64,000 nucleotides of DNA. It comes from a virus. Lineage: Duplodnaviria > Caudoviricetes. Made by a program: the position numbers and the translations under genes. The stretch is from positions 704 through 64,703 of IMG/VR virus record IMGVR_UViG_3300035670_000195. One strand, written 5' to 3'. Positions 25,501 through 36,700 of the stretch are shown here, one piece after another (position 1 is the stretch's first letter; every line of letters starts with the position of its first letter). The notes under the pieces were generated by a model. That model saw only the letters and a program-made list of their open reading frames with translations, did no database searches and was not told where the DNA came from.

Positions 25501-28500
25501 GCCATACCTTCGGTTTCAATCTTTGCTCGCAAATCAAGCTCAGCTCTTCTTTGCTGATATACTTGTAGTGTATCAAGCATTCGTCCCTTTGCGGCTTTAA
25601 GATCTGATCTTGCCTTGCTATGCTCTGCGCTTGCTTCCATGTCTCCAAGGAACGCAGCAACCTCACCAAATTCATCAGGAATCATGTCTGTTGTAAGGAT
25701 TGTTTTCTGATCTGGAACATATCTAAACGGCATTGCGTCTTGATAAAACTCTCGCGTTGTTCCTATTGGCATACCTACAGAGTCAGCTGGATCTACCTTT
25801 TGAGTTAGAATTCTCATAGTAGATTGAGCAATCTTATAAAGCCCAGAACTCTTTAGAGAATCTTGAGTGTTGATGCCAAGACCTCTTTCAAAGTCTACCA
25901 TCAACTTCATGGTCTTTGTTTTTGTCCTTGGATTTGTTACCCTAGTGGACATTGACTCAAACGCTTCAGAGATCATTGAGTGCATATACTTATTGTTTGT
26001 TAGCGGATTTGTAATAAACTCCATAACATTGTAAACATGGTATAGTTTATTATCTGCCGCCGCATTACCATCACTAAGAATGTCATAGAATCTCTCTGTT
26101 AGCTGAGCATCAGATAGTTCTCCGCCTCTAAATTCATCAAGGTAAGCAGCCCTTTCTAATTCTACCGTTTCAAGATAGACTTGACAAAGTTCCTTAACTG
26201 TCTTTTCCATTGCGGATAGGTTATTTCCCCTAGCCGCAAGACGTTCAACAACCAAGCGCGCTTCATCAAATCCCTTTGTATCAGCAGAAATACCAAGCTC
26301 TCCAATTATTCTATCTATCTTACGAACCGTAACAGCGTGTAGTAACTCATGTAGTGCTGTCTCTCTAAAGATAGTTAATGGCTTTCCTTCTGTTTTGCCT
26401 TGACGCAAGATGTTTACAATGTCCAACTCAACCATGTTGACCAAATCATAATAAGTGCCAAGAGCTTTTCCAGAACCTGTAGCAAATACAGCTACCTGTT
26501 CAAGTTCGTCTTTACCTATCTTCTTAAGGTCTTCAATGATTGCGCTTTGAACTGTACCCTTACCCATCTTCGTTTCTAGTGCTAGAAGAAGTTGATACCC
26601 ATTATTGATCGTACCATCTAGAACATCCTTGATAATATTCTTATCAAGTTTATTATAGATGATTTCAATTGGAGCTAGATCAACGGAGTATTCTTCACCC
26701 TCTTCTGGAAATAGACGATGGACGGTTGCTTCAAAGTCAGCCAACTCTTCCATAGAGATGTTATCTAGTTTCTGCTGATATACAGTTACCTGATCTGCGG
26801 TTTCTGTTACAACAGTGTTTCCCTTTGAATCCTTATGATCGACCGAGAAGTTCTTTACCTGTTGGCTAATAGCTCCCTGCTTTTCTTTAGCTGTTCTGGC
26901 AGTAAGCAACCTTGTTCGAGTTAGTTCTATGGCAAAATTAGTATGCGTAATACCAACCATATTAACAACTTCGTCTACAATTTTCTGAAATTCAGATTGT
27001 AGGTTTTTAAATTGTTTTTGATCGTAAGCTGGTTTATTATTTCTTACTCTTACTTCGTTAACTTTTTCAATAGCTGTTCCTCGTACTTGAGCAACACCTT
27101 CCTCTTCCATTACTACAGTCTGACGTTCAGTAAAGAAATCGGCAAGATCTGTTCGGCCACGTCTTTGTAGTTCGTCAAAGACAAAGCCTGATAGAATTTT
27201 CTGGTGTTCAAGATAGGAATTTGTTAGTATAGCTTCTCTATTAGAGGCAACAAGACCTTCATCTGCAATGTCAAACCTACGACCAGTAGTAGCGTTTTCC
27301 GCATCAATATTGATTTGATTAGCTTCAAACCTATTTGGACCAGAACCAAGTCTTTCTTTTCTTTCCAGGTTCTTAAGAATTCCTCTTAATAAACCCCTAA
27401 AGGATTCTGGCAAATCATCTCCATCTCTTACAGCTGCTCTTAACAAACCTCTGTAATCGTCTGTGGACATTCTTGCCCATTCGCTAGTAAGATCTCCAGA
27501 CTTAATTGCAAGCTCTGTCTCTATTCTCAATAGCTTATTTATAGTTTCATCGTCTCCGATTTTGCGGAAGATTATATTTGAAAACTTTAAAAAGTCGAAC
27601 TCTTTACGGTTCATCAACACTTTAATTGTTGGATGCTGAAAGATTTGAGCAGTTGCATTTAGATCTACATTAAGTTCTAGCTTTGCGTTATTAAACCTAG
27701 AAGCTAAAAGCTCTACCGCTAGTGGTTCTAGAACAATAGAAGCTTTTTGCATTCTCTGCATTGCATAAGCAGTCATCAGATCTACTTTCTTACTGCTGCC
27801 ATAAGAATTCTGTAGTTCAGACTTGGCTTTTTCAAATCGCTTGTTAAGATTAGTTTCATTCATCATACCAACAAGCTTTAGCTCTGGTTCAATTGGTTTA
27901 CCTTCACGAATTGTATTTGCTAACAGTACAGCAATCTTATATTCAGTTGTGTTTCGATCAAATTTTGTTGTAAGCAGATCAGTCAATAGTGAAGCTGCCG
28001 CAGAATCAGATACATCTTGAGCAATATATCCATGCTCTTTTCCGTAAGCGACAACAACCATAGCAGCCTGTTTATTTAACTCGGCATCACTAAGCTGTGT
28101 AAATGCCTGTTCCTTTAGGGCTTGTTTTTCCTTTGCCGCATCAGCTGCCTTCTGAACCTGTTCGATATCGGATACGGTTTTCATCGGTCCAAGTTGAACT
28201 CGTTCTAGATGCTTTTCATATAGAGTAATAGTTGCCTTCTGCTGATCTGTTGGCTTTGAACTTGCCTTAGCTTCATTATATCTTTTTACGTTTGCTGCAT
28301 CAGAGATGTAAAGCTTTGATTCTTGATAGGTTACAACAGCAGCCGCTTCTCTCTGAGCGCGGTGGCCCTTACTTAGAATCTCAAGATTATCCTTTAGCGT
28401 TGCAGATGCAGGAAATATTCCAGATTCAATTACTTCATCTGGCATTCTTGTTCCAGCCATAATTGCTTCTAGAGCGCTTCGTTGTTCTACCTTAAATTTT

Positions 28501-31500
28501 CCTTGATCGATTGCTGTATCAATTCTTTCTGAAACTTCAGAGAACTTTAACTGCTCTTCCTCAGATAGTGTTGTGATCTTTAGCTTTTCTTCTGCTAGTT
28601 CTACGGCCTTTAAATTCATAAGAGCTGCAAGATACTGCTTAGAAAGTTCTGGAGCCTTAGAGTTAGTCGTAATTGAATCTAGTATTCTAGTTAAGTTTTC
28701 CTTACTAATGATTGAAGAATCTACCAGGCGTTCGACAATAGCTGCATCGGTTGGGCTTAGTGACTCCCTTGCAGTATTAACCCGTGTTTGTGCTGCATCC
28801 TTTGCTTTACGAACTCTACGTCTAGTGGGTTCATTAGTAGTAGGCGGTCCATTTACAACAACCACAGGAGATTGTTCTACTGGTTGTGGTGGAGTACTAA
28901 TTGCATTAGCAGCTTGTTCTGGTGTATCAAAACCAGCTATAAGAGCTTCAGCTTCTGCTGTAAGTTGCATGACACTATTGTCTTGCACATCTCTTGCCGC
29001 AGCTACTGCTACTTCGTTTGGAGTAGCGTCTGGAATAAGAATACCATTCTCATCCACAAGTGTATTTTTAGGTGCGGTTGCTGGAGCAACAACAGTAATA
29101 TTAGTATCAATAGATGATCTTGATTCCGCTAGTCTAGCGCCTTCACTTTGCTGTTCAACTTCTTTTTCAAGAGCAGCCTTTGCATCTGTCTCGGCCTTTT
29201 GAATTGCCTTTCTACGCACAACTTGACCAGCTCCTTGAACCTGTTCATTTACAGAATTGGTTCTTGCGTCTGCCTTTGACTTATCTTCAGCAGCCTTCTT
29301 AGCTTCAGCAGCAGCCTTCTTAGCTTCAGCCTCAGCCTTCTTCTTTTCAGCCTCAGCCTTCTTAGCTTCAGCCTCAGCCTTCTTCTTTTCAGCTGCCTCA
29401 GCAGTCTTTGCGGCCTTTTCTTCGGCAGCCTTTTTCTTAGCTTCAGCCTTCTTTGCCTTAGCTTCAGCAGCAGCTTCAGCCTTCTTAGCTCTGGCTTCTT
29501 CTCTGCTTGCCTTCTTAGCTTCAGCCTCAGCCGTTTTCTTTTCAGCAGCAAGTGTTTTCTCTGCTTCTTTTCTAGCCTTAGCTTCAGCCTTCTTAGTTTC
29601 TTCTTCTGCCTTGATTAGTTCCTTAAGCTTCTGTTCTTCAAGCTTACTAGTAACTAGTCTTTCTCTTCTAGCTAGTTCATCAAGAGCAGTATCAACTGTA
29701 ATATCAAAGCCTCTTGTTCTTACCACAACTCCCAAGCTTCCATCATCGTTTAGTCTGATCCCGATATCATCAATTGCAAGCGGTCTATACGCTACAGCAA
29801 ATGCGGGGTCGGTACTAGCCAAATCAATAAACGCCATAAGTTCTTTTGTGGCAACTGTCTTTAGCCTGTCTGGAGTGACATCAACTCTATTCTGTGCTGC
29901 ACGATCTCCACTAAATGTTAGATTTCCTCTATCAATTGCGGTTCGCTCAAGTTCAGAATTTCTAGCCAACTCCGATGCAAGAGTCTTTACAAGCTCTCTC
30001 TTTCTAAGTTTGAAAGCCTCATCGCTTTCTCCCTCGTTCTTATTAAGAGAGTTTAACCATTCTCTAACTCGTCTACGAGAGACAGATCTTCCAAGAGCAT
30101 TGTCTAGTTTTAGAGCAGCTTCTTCTGGAGAAATGTTTCTAACCGTACTGGATTTAACCAGTGGATCGATTGTAGATTTTTCTGCCGCAGCAAGTAACTC
30201 TTGTTTAGCCTTCCAGTCATTGAACCTGGCTTCACCAAGAATGTGAACACCGACTTGATCTCTAAGTTCTGGGCTTTGTGTCTTGAATACACCTTCCCAA
30301 GCGGCTGAGAAGATATCATCGATGTTTGCTTCCGAGCGAGCAAGAAGAATACCAAAGACTTCTTCTGCTTCTGCAGTCATGGTCAGCTTTGCCTCTTCGG
30401 TTTCGGCTGACTTTAGCTTCTCGCCTACACCACCAACAAAATCTCCAAGCTTATTGAAGAGACGCTTTACGGAAGAATCTCCCTTGGTAGCCTTGTTCAT
30501 TAGGACAGAACGCATATAGGCATTCCAACCGTTGGCAAGTCTTTCCTGTACTGTCACAGAATTAATGTCTGCTTCAATTTCGTCTGGTGTCTTTGGAGTT
30601 CCGTCTGCATTTTCAAACTTAACCCCAGCCCACTCTAGGAACTTTCGCTCCATAGTCTCTGTAATGCCAAGCTTACGAAGCGTATCGGCATTGTATAGAC
30701 CGCGACCAAAGACCGTGTTGATTGCAAAGTGTCCCATTTCGTGAACAAGCGAACCAAGATCGCTGGACTTTGTGGCACGAATCAATGCACGGTTTGCACC
30801 TTCAGTTGTAAAGAATGCAATCTCGGCTCGAGAGCTATCAAGGAAGCCAGCCTTACCAGCTGTACCGCTGGCAAATCTTAGCGTAGTTTCCATTGGTCCG
30901 AATCCAAGCGCTCTTACAACAGCATAGCCGACAACGGCCTGCTGCGGTGTAAGACCAAAGAGACGAGCAAGAAGCTTTGGATTTGGATGCTGGCCATTGT
31001 CCCATGCCTTCTTAAGCTGGGCAATATCTGCATCGACTGTCTCTGGAGCAGCGGAGCTTTTTCTTGCTTCCTCTGCCATTCTAGTCACAGCCTCATCGCT
31101 AAACAAAGCTCTGACTTTTTCATTTAACTTGTTAATTTCAAGAGCAACCTTTTCGGATGATACTACATCATCGCCAGATAGATCTCTTAGTTCAATCTTG
31201 GAACCGTCTGGTTGCTCGACAAAAATCTTAAACTTGTCATCGACAACTTCCAGTGTAGTCTTAAGCGGAGTTACAGAACCACTCTTCTTATTTACACGAA
31301 CGGCACTTGCGCCTGATACAACTGTAAACTCATCCTGTGGTGCCATCGCATCAAGAACACCTTGCTTGATTCCATTAGCTTCATCTACCTTAAGAGAGTA
31401 GGTGCTTAGCTTTGCTGGATCAAAGTCAAAGAGTTGCTTTAGAATCACAGAAGAAATAGCTTGATCGATTCTTCCATGCTCATAAGCAGCTGTGACTAGT

Positions 31501-33431
31501 ACACTATCCCAGTCTGCATCATCTATGATATCGACGGGACGAAGCTTTAGATCCTCTGCCTGTTTAACAATAGCTGAGAAGTTTAAACCTCTAGTCTCTA
31601 GCTGCTTAGAGATTGATAGGGCATTTAGTCCTCTACCAACAGCTCTGGTCATAATTCCATAGTCAAGCTTATCAAGCTTTGAAATACCATCAAGAGCCTG
31701 ACCAACACGCGTAGGCGCAGTTGGAACATCCTTAAGCTTTAGATTGATTTCATCTAAAAGACCAACGACATCGTCAGCGCTAAGACCCTTCTTTGAGAAG
31801 TTCTCAACATCGACCAATGCCTTGAAAATATCTGCGGCTTCTCCACCAGCAACGCCGCGCATTGCGGCTTCACCAGCAACGCCAGTAATCGATTCAAAGC
31901 GTTCGATGATTGGTGTTGCCTTCTCCATATCAATATTTAGCCGAGCGGCTACAATTGGATCTGCTGCCCCCCAGACTCGAGTACCGCCAGCAAGAACGTT
32001 GGTAAAGTTTCTACCATCAATATCTCGCCGTGCCATTCGATCAAGAGCATCGCCAAAGTAAATACCGCGACCGCCTGATAGGGTATTACCCCATACGGTC
32101 AAGCCCTGTGGTGAAGTAGCCCAGTTATCGAGAGAGCTTGTCCACTCTCTACCATAAGCCCTGAGCATGTCTCCAAAGGTTCCACCAGCCGACTTGACTC
32201 GACGCATTGCGGGAACATCGCCCAACGCACCTAGCGCAGTTCTTAGCGTTCCAAGCGCAAGGACTCCAAGACCAGCCGACATGATTGCCGTATCAAAAGC
32301 CTGTGAGTAATCTGCCTTGAATGGTAAGCCCTGCTTATCATTATAGAGAAGATCCTTAATAGCATAATCATTCTCTTGTGTCTTTAGGTTTGTAAGATAT
32401 CCAGCTGTGCCGCCTTCTACGGCAATGGCTGCGGCTCTTGCGCCGACTACACCAATTCGTGGAGCTGCTGCTCGTAGCGCAACAAATGCTGGGCCTTCAA
32501 CAAAACCAACCATTGGCCCAGTAAACTTAAGGGCTTGATGAGTTAGCTGTGCAACTCTTGTTCCTGCCTGAATGCCAGCTGCACCTAGACGGGCAGCGGC
32601 AAGTTCAACGGTTCCAAGACCAGCGGTAGCCGCTGTAGTTACTAGAAGATCTCTAGCAAAGTATGGATCTTGTACCATCTCTGCGGCATTCCAGCCAAGT
32701 CTACGATACCAACCTAGGTCAGCTGTTTCATAGATTCCATAACGCTTCTGTTGAATGCCGTCTTTAATCTTCTGCTGAATAGCAAACCTAAGTTGAATTT
32801 TATTTCTACTTGATAGTGCAAGGTTTACAAGATCGACTCCATATGCGGAAGCAAGCTCTCCAATCTCAGGATCTGCATCCATAAGTTTCTTAAGCTCTTC
32901 AAGCTTTCGCTCTGGAGTAAAGCTGTCATCTTGTGACTGCAGCAGCTTTGTGGTCATCTCGTTTAATTCTTCGGTGCTGTTTGCAGTAAAAGGCATTGCA
33001 TCAAGAAGACTGCTCCACCAGTCAGACATGTCACCGCTTTGTAGCGATTCCACCTCTGCGGCCTTTGCAAAGTCTCTATACTTTCCTTGAGTCAACTCTC
33101 TATAGAGTTCTCTCTGTGGCTGGGAGGTTGTCTCTCCCCAGCCAGATGCGCTTGCCGTTTCCATCATTCTCTCAAGACCAGCCGCTGCCTTCTGATATAC
33201 CGTAGAGTCATCTACAATAGTATCGAAGTCGCCAGCGTTTAGGGTTGGAATTCTAATTCCAGCTCTAATTTCGCTTAGTCTTTTTTCGCGTAGTATTCTT
33301 TCATAGGGATCTTCATCAAGTGGATGAAAGCCCTGATTGTAAACTTCCTGTCTGTACGCTGGTACAACGTTTGTTGGTTGTGTAAACCAGTCATATTGCT
33401 TAGGCGACCATTGAGTTGGTTTGTTTTCCAA
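22539..33431 (-). CDS. giant internal virion/ejection protein (gp16 position), about 3630 aa
   Basis: Last and largest of the internal-virion block; TTG start after SD AAAGGAG; HEMGH and HELLH motifs; AEAKK repeats. Confidence 0.8.
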   Translation of the reverse strand: MENKPTQWSPKQYDWFTQPTNVVPAYRQEVYNQGFHPLDEDPYERILREKRLSEIRAGIRIPTLNAGDFDTIVDDSTVYQKAAAGLERMMETASASGWGETTSQPQRELYRELTQGKYRDFAKAAEVESLQSGDMSDWWSSLLDAMPFTANSTEELNEMTTKLLQSQDDSFTPERKLEELKKLMDADPEIGELASAYGVDLVNLALSSRNKIQLRFAIQQKIKDGIQQKRYGIYETADLGWYRRLGWNAAEMVQDPYFARDLLVTTAATAGLGTVELAAARLGAAGIQAGTRVAQLTHQALKFTGPMVGFVEGPAFVALRAAAPRIGVVGARAAAIAVEGGTAGYLTNLKTQENDYAIKDLLYNDKQGLPFKADYSQAFDTAIMSAGLGVLALGTLRTALGALGDVPAMRRVKSAGGTFGDMLRAYGREWTSSLDNWATSPQGLTVWGNTLSGGRGIYFGDALDRMARRDIDGRNFTNVLAGGTRVWGAADPIVAARLNIDMEKATPIIERFESITGVAGEAAMRGVAGGEAADIFKALVDVENFSKKGLSADDVVGLLDEINLKLKDVPTAPTRVGQALDGISKLDKLDYGIMTRAVGRGLNALSISKQLETRGLNFSAIVKQAEDLKLRPVDIIDDADWDSVLVTAAYEHGRIDQAISSVILKQLFDFDPAKLSTYSLKVDEANGIKQGVLDAMAPQDEFTVVSGASAVRVNKKSGSVTPLKTTLEVVDDKFKIFVEQPDGSKIELRDLSGDDVVSSEKVALEINKLNEKVRALFSDEAVTRMAEEARKSSAAPETVDADIAQLKKAWDNGQHPNPKLLARLFGLTPQQAVVGYAVVRALGFGPMETTLRFASGTAGKAGFLDSSRAEIAFFTTEGANRALIRATKSSDLGSLVHEMGHFAINTVFGRGLYNADTLRKLGITETMERKFLEWAGVKFENADGTPKTPDEIEADINSVTVQERLANGWNAYMRSVLMNKATKGDSSVKRLFNKLGDFVGGVGEKLKSAETEEAKLTMTAEAEEVFGILLARSEANIDDIFSAAWEGVFKTQSPELRDQVGVHILGEARFNDWKAKQELLAAAEKSTIDPLVKSSTVRNISPEEAALKLDNALGRSVSRRRVREWLNSLNKNEGESDEAFKLRKRELVKTLASELARNSELERTAIDRGNLTFSGDRAAQNRVDVTPDRLKTVATKELMAFIDLASTDPAFAVAYRPLAIDDIGIRLNDDGSLGVVVRTRGFDITVDTALDELARRERLVTSKLEEQKLKELIKAEEETKKAEAKARKEAEKTLAAEKKTAEAEAKKASREEARAKKAEAAAEAKAKKAEAKKKAAEEKAAKTAEAAEKKKAEAEAKKAEAEKKKAEAEAKKAAAEAKKAAEDKSKADARTNSVNEQVQGAGQVVRRKAIQKAETDAKAALEKEVEQQSEGARLAESRSSIDTNITVVAPATAPKNTLVDENGILIPDATPNEVAVAAARDVQDNSVMQLTAEAEALIAGFDTPEQAANAISTPPQPVEQSPVVVVNGPPTTNEPTRRRVRKAKDAAQTRVNTARESLSPTDAAIVERLVDSSIISKENLTRILDSITTNSKAPELSKQYLAALMNLKAVELAEEKLKITTLSEEEQLKFSEVSERIDTAIDQGKFKVEQRSALEAIMAGTRMPDEVIESGIFPASATLKDNLEILSKGHRAQREAAAVVTYQESKLYISDAANVKRYNEAKASSKPTDQQKATITLYEKHLERVQLGPMKTVSDIEQVQKAADAAKEKQALKEQAFTQLSDAELNKQAAMVVVAYGKEHGYIAQDVSDSAAASLLTDLLTTKFDRNTTEYKIAVLLANTIREGKPIEPELKLVGMMNETNLNKRFEKAKSELQNSYGSSKKVDLMTAYAMQRMQKASIVLEPLAVELLASRFNNAKLELNVDLNATAQIFQHPTIKVLMNRKEFDFLKFSNIIFRKIGDDETINKLLRIETELAIKSGDLTSEWARMSTDDYRGLLRAAVRDGDDLPESFRGLLRGILKNLERKERLGSGPNRFEANQINIDAENATTGRRFDIADEGLVASNREAILTNSYLEHQKILSGFVFDELQRRGRTDLADFFTERQTVVMEEEGVAQVRGTAIEKVNEVRVRNNKPAYDQKQFKNLQSEFQKIVDEVVNMVGITHTNFAIELTRTRLLTARTAKEKQGAISQQVKNFSVDHKDSKGNTVVTETADQVTVYQQKLDNISMEELADFEATVHRLFPEEGEEYSVDLAPIEIIYNKLDKNIIKDVLDGTINNGYQLLLALETKMGKGTVQSAIIEDLKKIGKDELEQVAVFATGSGKALGTYYDLVNMVELDIVNILRQGKTEGKPLTIFRETALHELLHAVTVRKIDRIIGELGISADTKGFDEARLVVERLAARGNNLSAMEKTVKELCQVYLETVELERAAYLDEFRGGELSDAQLTERFYDILSDGNAAADNKLYHVYNVMEFITNPLTNNKYMHSMISEAFESMSTRVTNPRTKTKTMKLMVDFERGLGINTQDSLKSSGLYKIAQSTMRILTQKVDPADSVGMPIGTTREFYQDAMPFRYVPDQKTILTTDMIPDEFGEVAAFLGDMEASAEHSKARSDLKAAKGRMLDTLQVYQQRRAELDLRAKIETEGMAGKDVSALEQRLDDLIVSADERQRILRGMGLHEELEPRDLEAMTNIVNGNSAFYTADVKQTLEYMRRLEASRAVAKIEKPMAYRDMNNEERTLFLIETMMPAVERAIGTRNQTAGVFSLFTDSVVGKKANQFIGGAVDYSKTADSDSMFLQFISKFFDPMMDLRDGELNLAFNMPSIDKLNSIIEGMYQKSGLIEAYDKVKAVAPDQETLNYINDTAWDYLARRDELPEGTRFKNEILAVIDSVNNLNKELHESLVKYGGLRSSSSSAEEYGTVRRAGKMAYQNPKKFAEALYKHMLNRSKLAHEKGEVSAVASEALGWINYTRSDSSDEIISISLTENSPLAKLFPDKEVDQKIAWSEARKVLKNGVEKLTKEESDKLFKALESSEDYKSSYKSVHAGRDSSYSVIRQAAEIARNRYMNFGDVGDTKSVKPRSESVGGGRDYAEERIITHDDLARDRELAQFFDKNIMRLTNDLLRGQGTEALSTKMMTDFFGGNVRITVLDMIEIFRNAGEGVRRGDVDPQVMAQVNKGYDRVKAVWEEFLGMSRGDADSMDPYYRDALLNSRYTVLLAGGVRAALSSVPELSRAIVASDHNKSKLRQIFPNLMLAMRYGFGGNREKLNQMASAYHWIRNMSAETLLARTEALPDNPFHGVAFGGRRGWFSTWTNQWNAIRGVNEVETSKFRKLLNYAGFPASIAGAPLAWINMVTTAIHVHNAQMNLTRNAKNFKKLVELMDGRTIKNMAEFERLADSAGLSSKEALDLSTAGILNPKIVDILVDMAADPKTKSDEMLDISKMYRWAREQTKYNVDDVDNAIAALGQYVGMTTRHTNTEPTLLDKRVNNSVYSKALSIFMQFLLSHSIQEIGRRRRYSTINYGKHIVGLMTMEAGVYALGRMYRGEEPYEDNNVEAFVRIATGMPMLGSYQYLAALLRQSAFAAYNTWSDTNTFEEQIRVPGLIDAPADTAPKRAMKGVGWGMTVLQDILKEGF
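29260..29640 (-). repeat. Ala/Glu/Lys (AEAKK) coding repeat
   Basis: KKAEAEAKKAEAEKKKAEAEAKKAAAEAKK. Confidence 0.9.
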
Positions 33432-33455
33432 GATTGGTTCTCCTTTTGTTTGAGT

Positions 33456-33492
33456 AAAAAAAAATGATCGGTGGGCTGTTACACCCACCGAC
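33456..33492 (-). terminator. intrinsic terminator
   Basis: GGTCGGTGGG...CCCACCGATC stem followed by A and T9. Confidence 0.85.
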
Positions 33493-33498
33493 CTTATG

Positions 33499-33711
33499 TT
33501 ATGCCATTGATGGCCTATTGAAATCAGATACAGCAATTGTCTTAAGTAGACTGCGTATTACTTTTCCAAAGTTCTTTTGCTTTGTAGTTTGAATAAGCTG
33601 TGCTGCACCCTCTTCTCCGACACCGCCAAACGATGCTGTATCTAACCAATCGTAGAAGTCTTGTAGTTCTTCTTCAGTATGATATAGCATTTGAAGTTGG
33701 GACCATAGCAT
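33499..33711 (-). CDS. small ORF or frameshifted C-terminal extension of the upstream protein
   Basis: Fills the gap to the terminator; no clear SD. Confidence 0.4.
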   Translation of the reverse strand: MLWSQLQMLYHTEEELQDFYDWLDTASFGGVGEEGAAQLIQTTKQKNFGKVIRSLLKTIAVSDFNRPSMA

Positions 33712-36700
33712 TTGAAGTTGTTTCTTGTGGGCTTGCTACAACATCAACCTCAACTGGAACAGGCTCACTAATTAGATCGGTAGATAGTACGCGTCTAACT
33801 GTTTTACCCATCGTCACAGTATCTTCGATTACGGTACGGCTAATTGAATTGTCTTGGTTTCTATTGTACTGTATGAATGTTTTTCTTTCACCAGCACGCC
33901 CAAGACTCTCAACCTTAACAAGCTCATTGGTAGCATTAAGTGTTGGACGAGACTTTAGAATCTCAAGATTCTTAGTATCATAGCGACCAAAGCTTAACTC
34001 TCCAGCTAGTTCTGGGGCAGCCTCAATAGCCTCTGAGTTAATTACCCGTCTGCTTACTTCCTCGGTTTCAGTGTAAGGCGAACCAAGAAGAACTTTTCTA
34101 TTCTTCTGTAGCTTGGTTGCGACTAGAACACTATGGCCATCTTCGGTCTGCTCCACGGAATACTTCATTTGAGTTCCGTCGTTTAGGTTAATAGTTGTTG
34201 GTCCTCGTTCGGTAACAACTCGTCGCATTAGATATTCTGCAGCTGACGATCCAGCTTCATTCACACCATCTGCAACCATCTTAACTACTTCTTCCTGTGC
34301 CAGACCATTTTCCCAAGTAGGACTTGGCTTAACACCAACAACAGAAAGTGGAGTAATTCCAAGCTTGACTCTAGTCTTTCCAGTGGAATCGACAGCCCTA
34401 AACTCTAGACTATTCGATCCTGTCTGAATAATTTCACCAAGCTTTCCTGCTTGTATATCTCTCTTTGTCCTGTTATAGTTATCTCTTGTGACTGCTTGTC
34501 CAGTACTGACTACAAAGGATAGAGCGGCAATACTAAGATTATCTGAGTCTTCTCCAAGAACAGAAACAATTGAGTTTACCAAGTCTGTTCTATTTACTTT
34601 TGTTGCTGCTTCAGACCCACTGATCTGAGAGAGTACTGCGCCAACTGGAGTTAAATCTGCAGCAGGAACTGCAGCATTAAATCCATAGCCCCGTTTTGTA
34701 AAGTTTGTTCCAATGTCTGATCGATCAGAAACCATTGAAGCTTGTAAGAACATATCTCTAAGGACAACTTTATTATCAGTAGGATAGCTAGAGTTTTGAG
34801 AGAAGTCTTTAATTAGTTCGGAATCTGGCTCTACATTTTCCCAGACCTTAGTCTGCGCAACAATCTTAGTCTTTCCATTTTCTCCAGGAATGTTAACAAA
34901 ATCGTATTGGCTTAATTCCTGTCTGACTCTATTGCCCCAACGTTCCTTTGCATTTGAATCTAAAGCAAACAACGGAGTGTCTTGATCTGCAAGTTCAAGA
35001 AAGGCTGTTTGAACCGCCTTCTCAAAAATCATTTCAGTTGCTGGATCCATGTAGTAATTTGCTTCCATTTCAGAAGCATTAAACATCTCTAAACCAGGAA
35101 TCTCGTTTACTCTTGCAAATCTATCAACCATTTCTGGTAATGTTCTAGTAACTGCTCTTAGTCTTTCTGCAGTATACTTATCCATGTACTCTTTACGACT
35201 TTCGCTTCCCCCCGCTTTTTCGCGGAATCTAAATAGTACTGAAGTTACAAAGCTAGGTTCGAGAATCATCTCCAACGTATCAGCATGTTTAGCATACTGT
35301 GCTTGCAACTTAGCTAATGAATCGAAACTTATTGATCCGCCAGATTCAATTCCTTCATGTAGTGCAACATAGTTATCTACATTTCGTCTAAAAGCTGGAG
35401 AGATATTGTATCTATCATCCTTTTTTAAAGCAGTAATAATTGAATCTCTAGTTCTTTGTGGATACCCTAATGTTGGGTATACAGCAACTGGAGAAAACGT
35501 TTCCGCATCAAATGAATTTGCAAGAGCGCTGACCAAAGTCGTATTATACGGTATATCTATATTACGTCCAACCAATGCGTCTTGTGTTGGAGGAGACAAT
35601 GATCGTAGTATTGATTCAAGTTTAGCTAATTTATCTGCGTTTTGTTGAGAACTTGAATCCAGTCTTCCAAGCGATTGAATCTCTACGCCAAAGTGTTCCA
35701 TAACTAATGTAAATGGAATGTTACTTCTGTTTTCTTCTGGAATAGAATCATGCCAAGCTAAGAATCCAACTGGTTCTCCATTCTTAAATAGCGGAGAAAG
35801 CTTATTTAATTCTTGTCTTGTAGCATCGGCTATTCTATCTGATGTAAGCGTTGGGGTACCTGGGCGTAGATCTCCTGTTACCATAGCCTGTGCAACTAAA
35901 GAATTTTCTTGTGCTTTTTTAATTCGGCTTTCTCCATCGCCGCCTCCAGAGGGAACATACTTTCTTCTAAGTTCTTCAAAGTTTATGCGTCCTCGAGATA
36001 CTACACCAACCATTCCTGTGTTATATGCAGTTTCATCGACGGTAGCAGTTAGAAGATCAAATCCACTAACACTAGCCGTGTAGTCATCTTCAGAGATGTC
36101 TGCAGGAGATAGGCCACGACTTACTAAGAATGCTGAATACGCACCGTACAGTTCTCTTTGTTGTACCTTAGGAGAATACAGAGACTGTAGCATTCTTCCT
36201 GTTTGATTTAAAACCTGTTTAAGAAGATCATTCTTTTGATTTTCTGGAAGATCGCTTTGTTGTATTTGCTTAAGCTTTGTATCCTGTTGGGCAAGAATCT
36301 CATCTGTTCGTCTTGTTAAAGCTTCGTTTCTTTGTTTAAGATTAGCTTTATAATTATCTACAGCAGTTCCTCTTGCCGCAAACTGCAATTCTTCAAGCGA
36401 AGTAAAAACTCTATTGATATTGTCAAACTGTTCTTTTGGAATAAAGCCAGTTAGTTGCATCTGTAAAGTAGTTAGATCAAGTGTACCATCTTCTTTAATT
36501 GGAATCTCTAAGCCATACTTTTCGGCAATTTGAAAAAGAAGACTTGTTCCCTTTTGCATAGCTTCGTTAAACTTGGCTATATCTCTAGGGTCATCTTCCA
36601 TATTAAACTCTGTACGCTCTGATGCTAGTTTTAATTCTTTAACAGCAGCGTCTACATCGGCAGCTACAATAGCAGACAGATTGACAAACTGGTCAAGTTG

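Noticed and set aside
22539-33431. Giant protein as an N4-like virion RNA polymerase
   Set aside because: Size is similar but I could not find polymerase motifs A, B or C; a separate RNAP gene exists. A profile search would settle it
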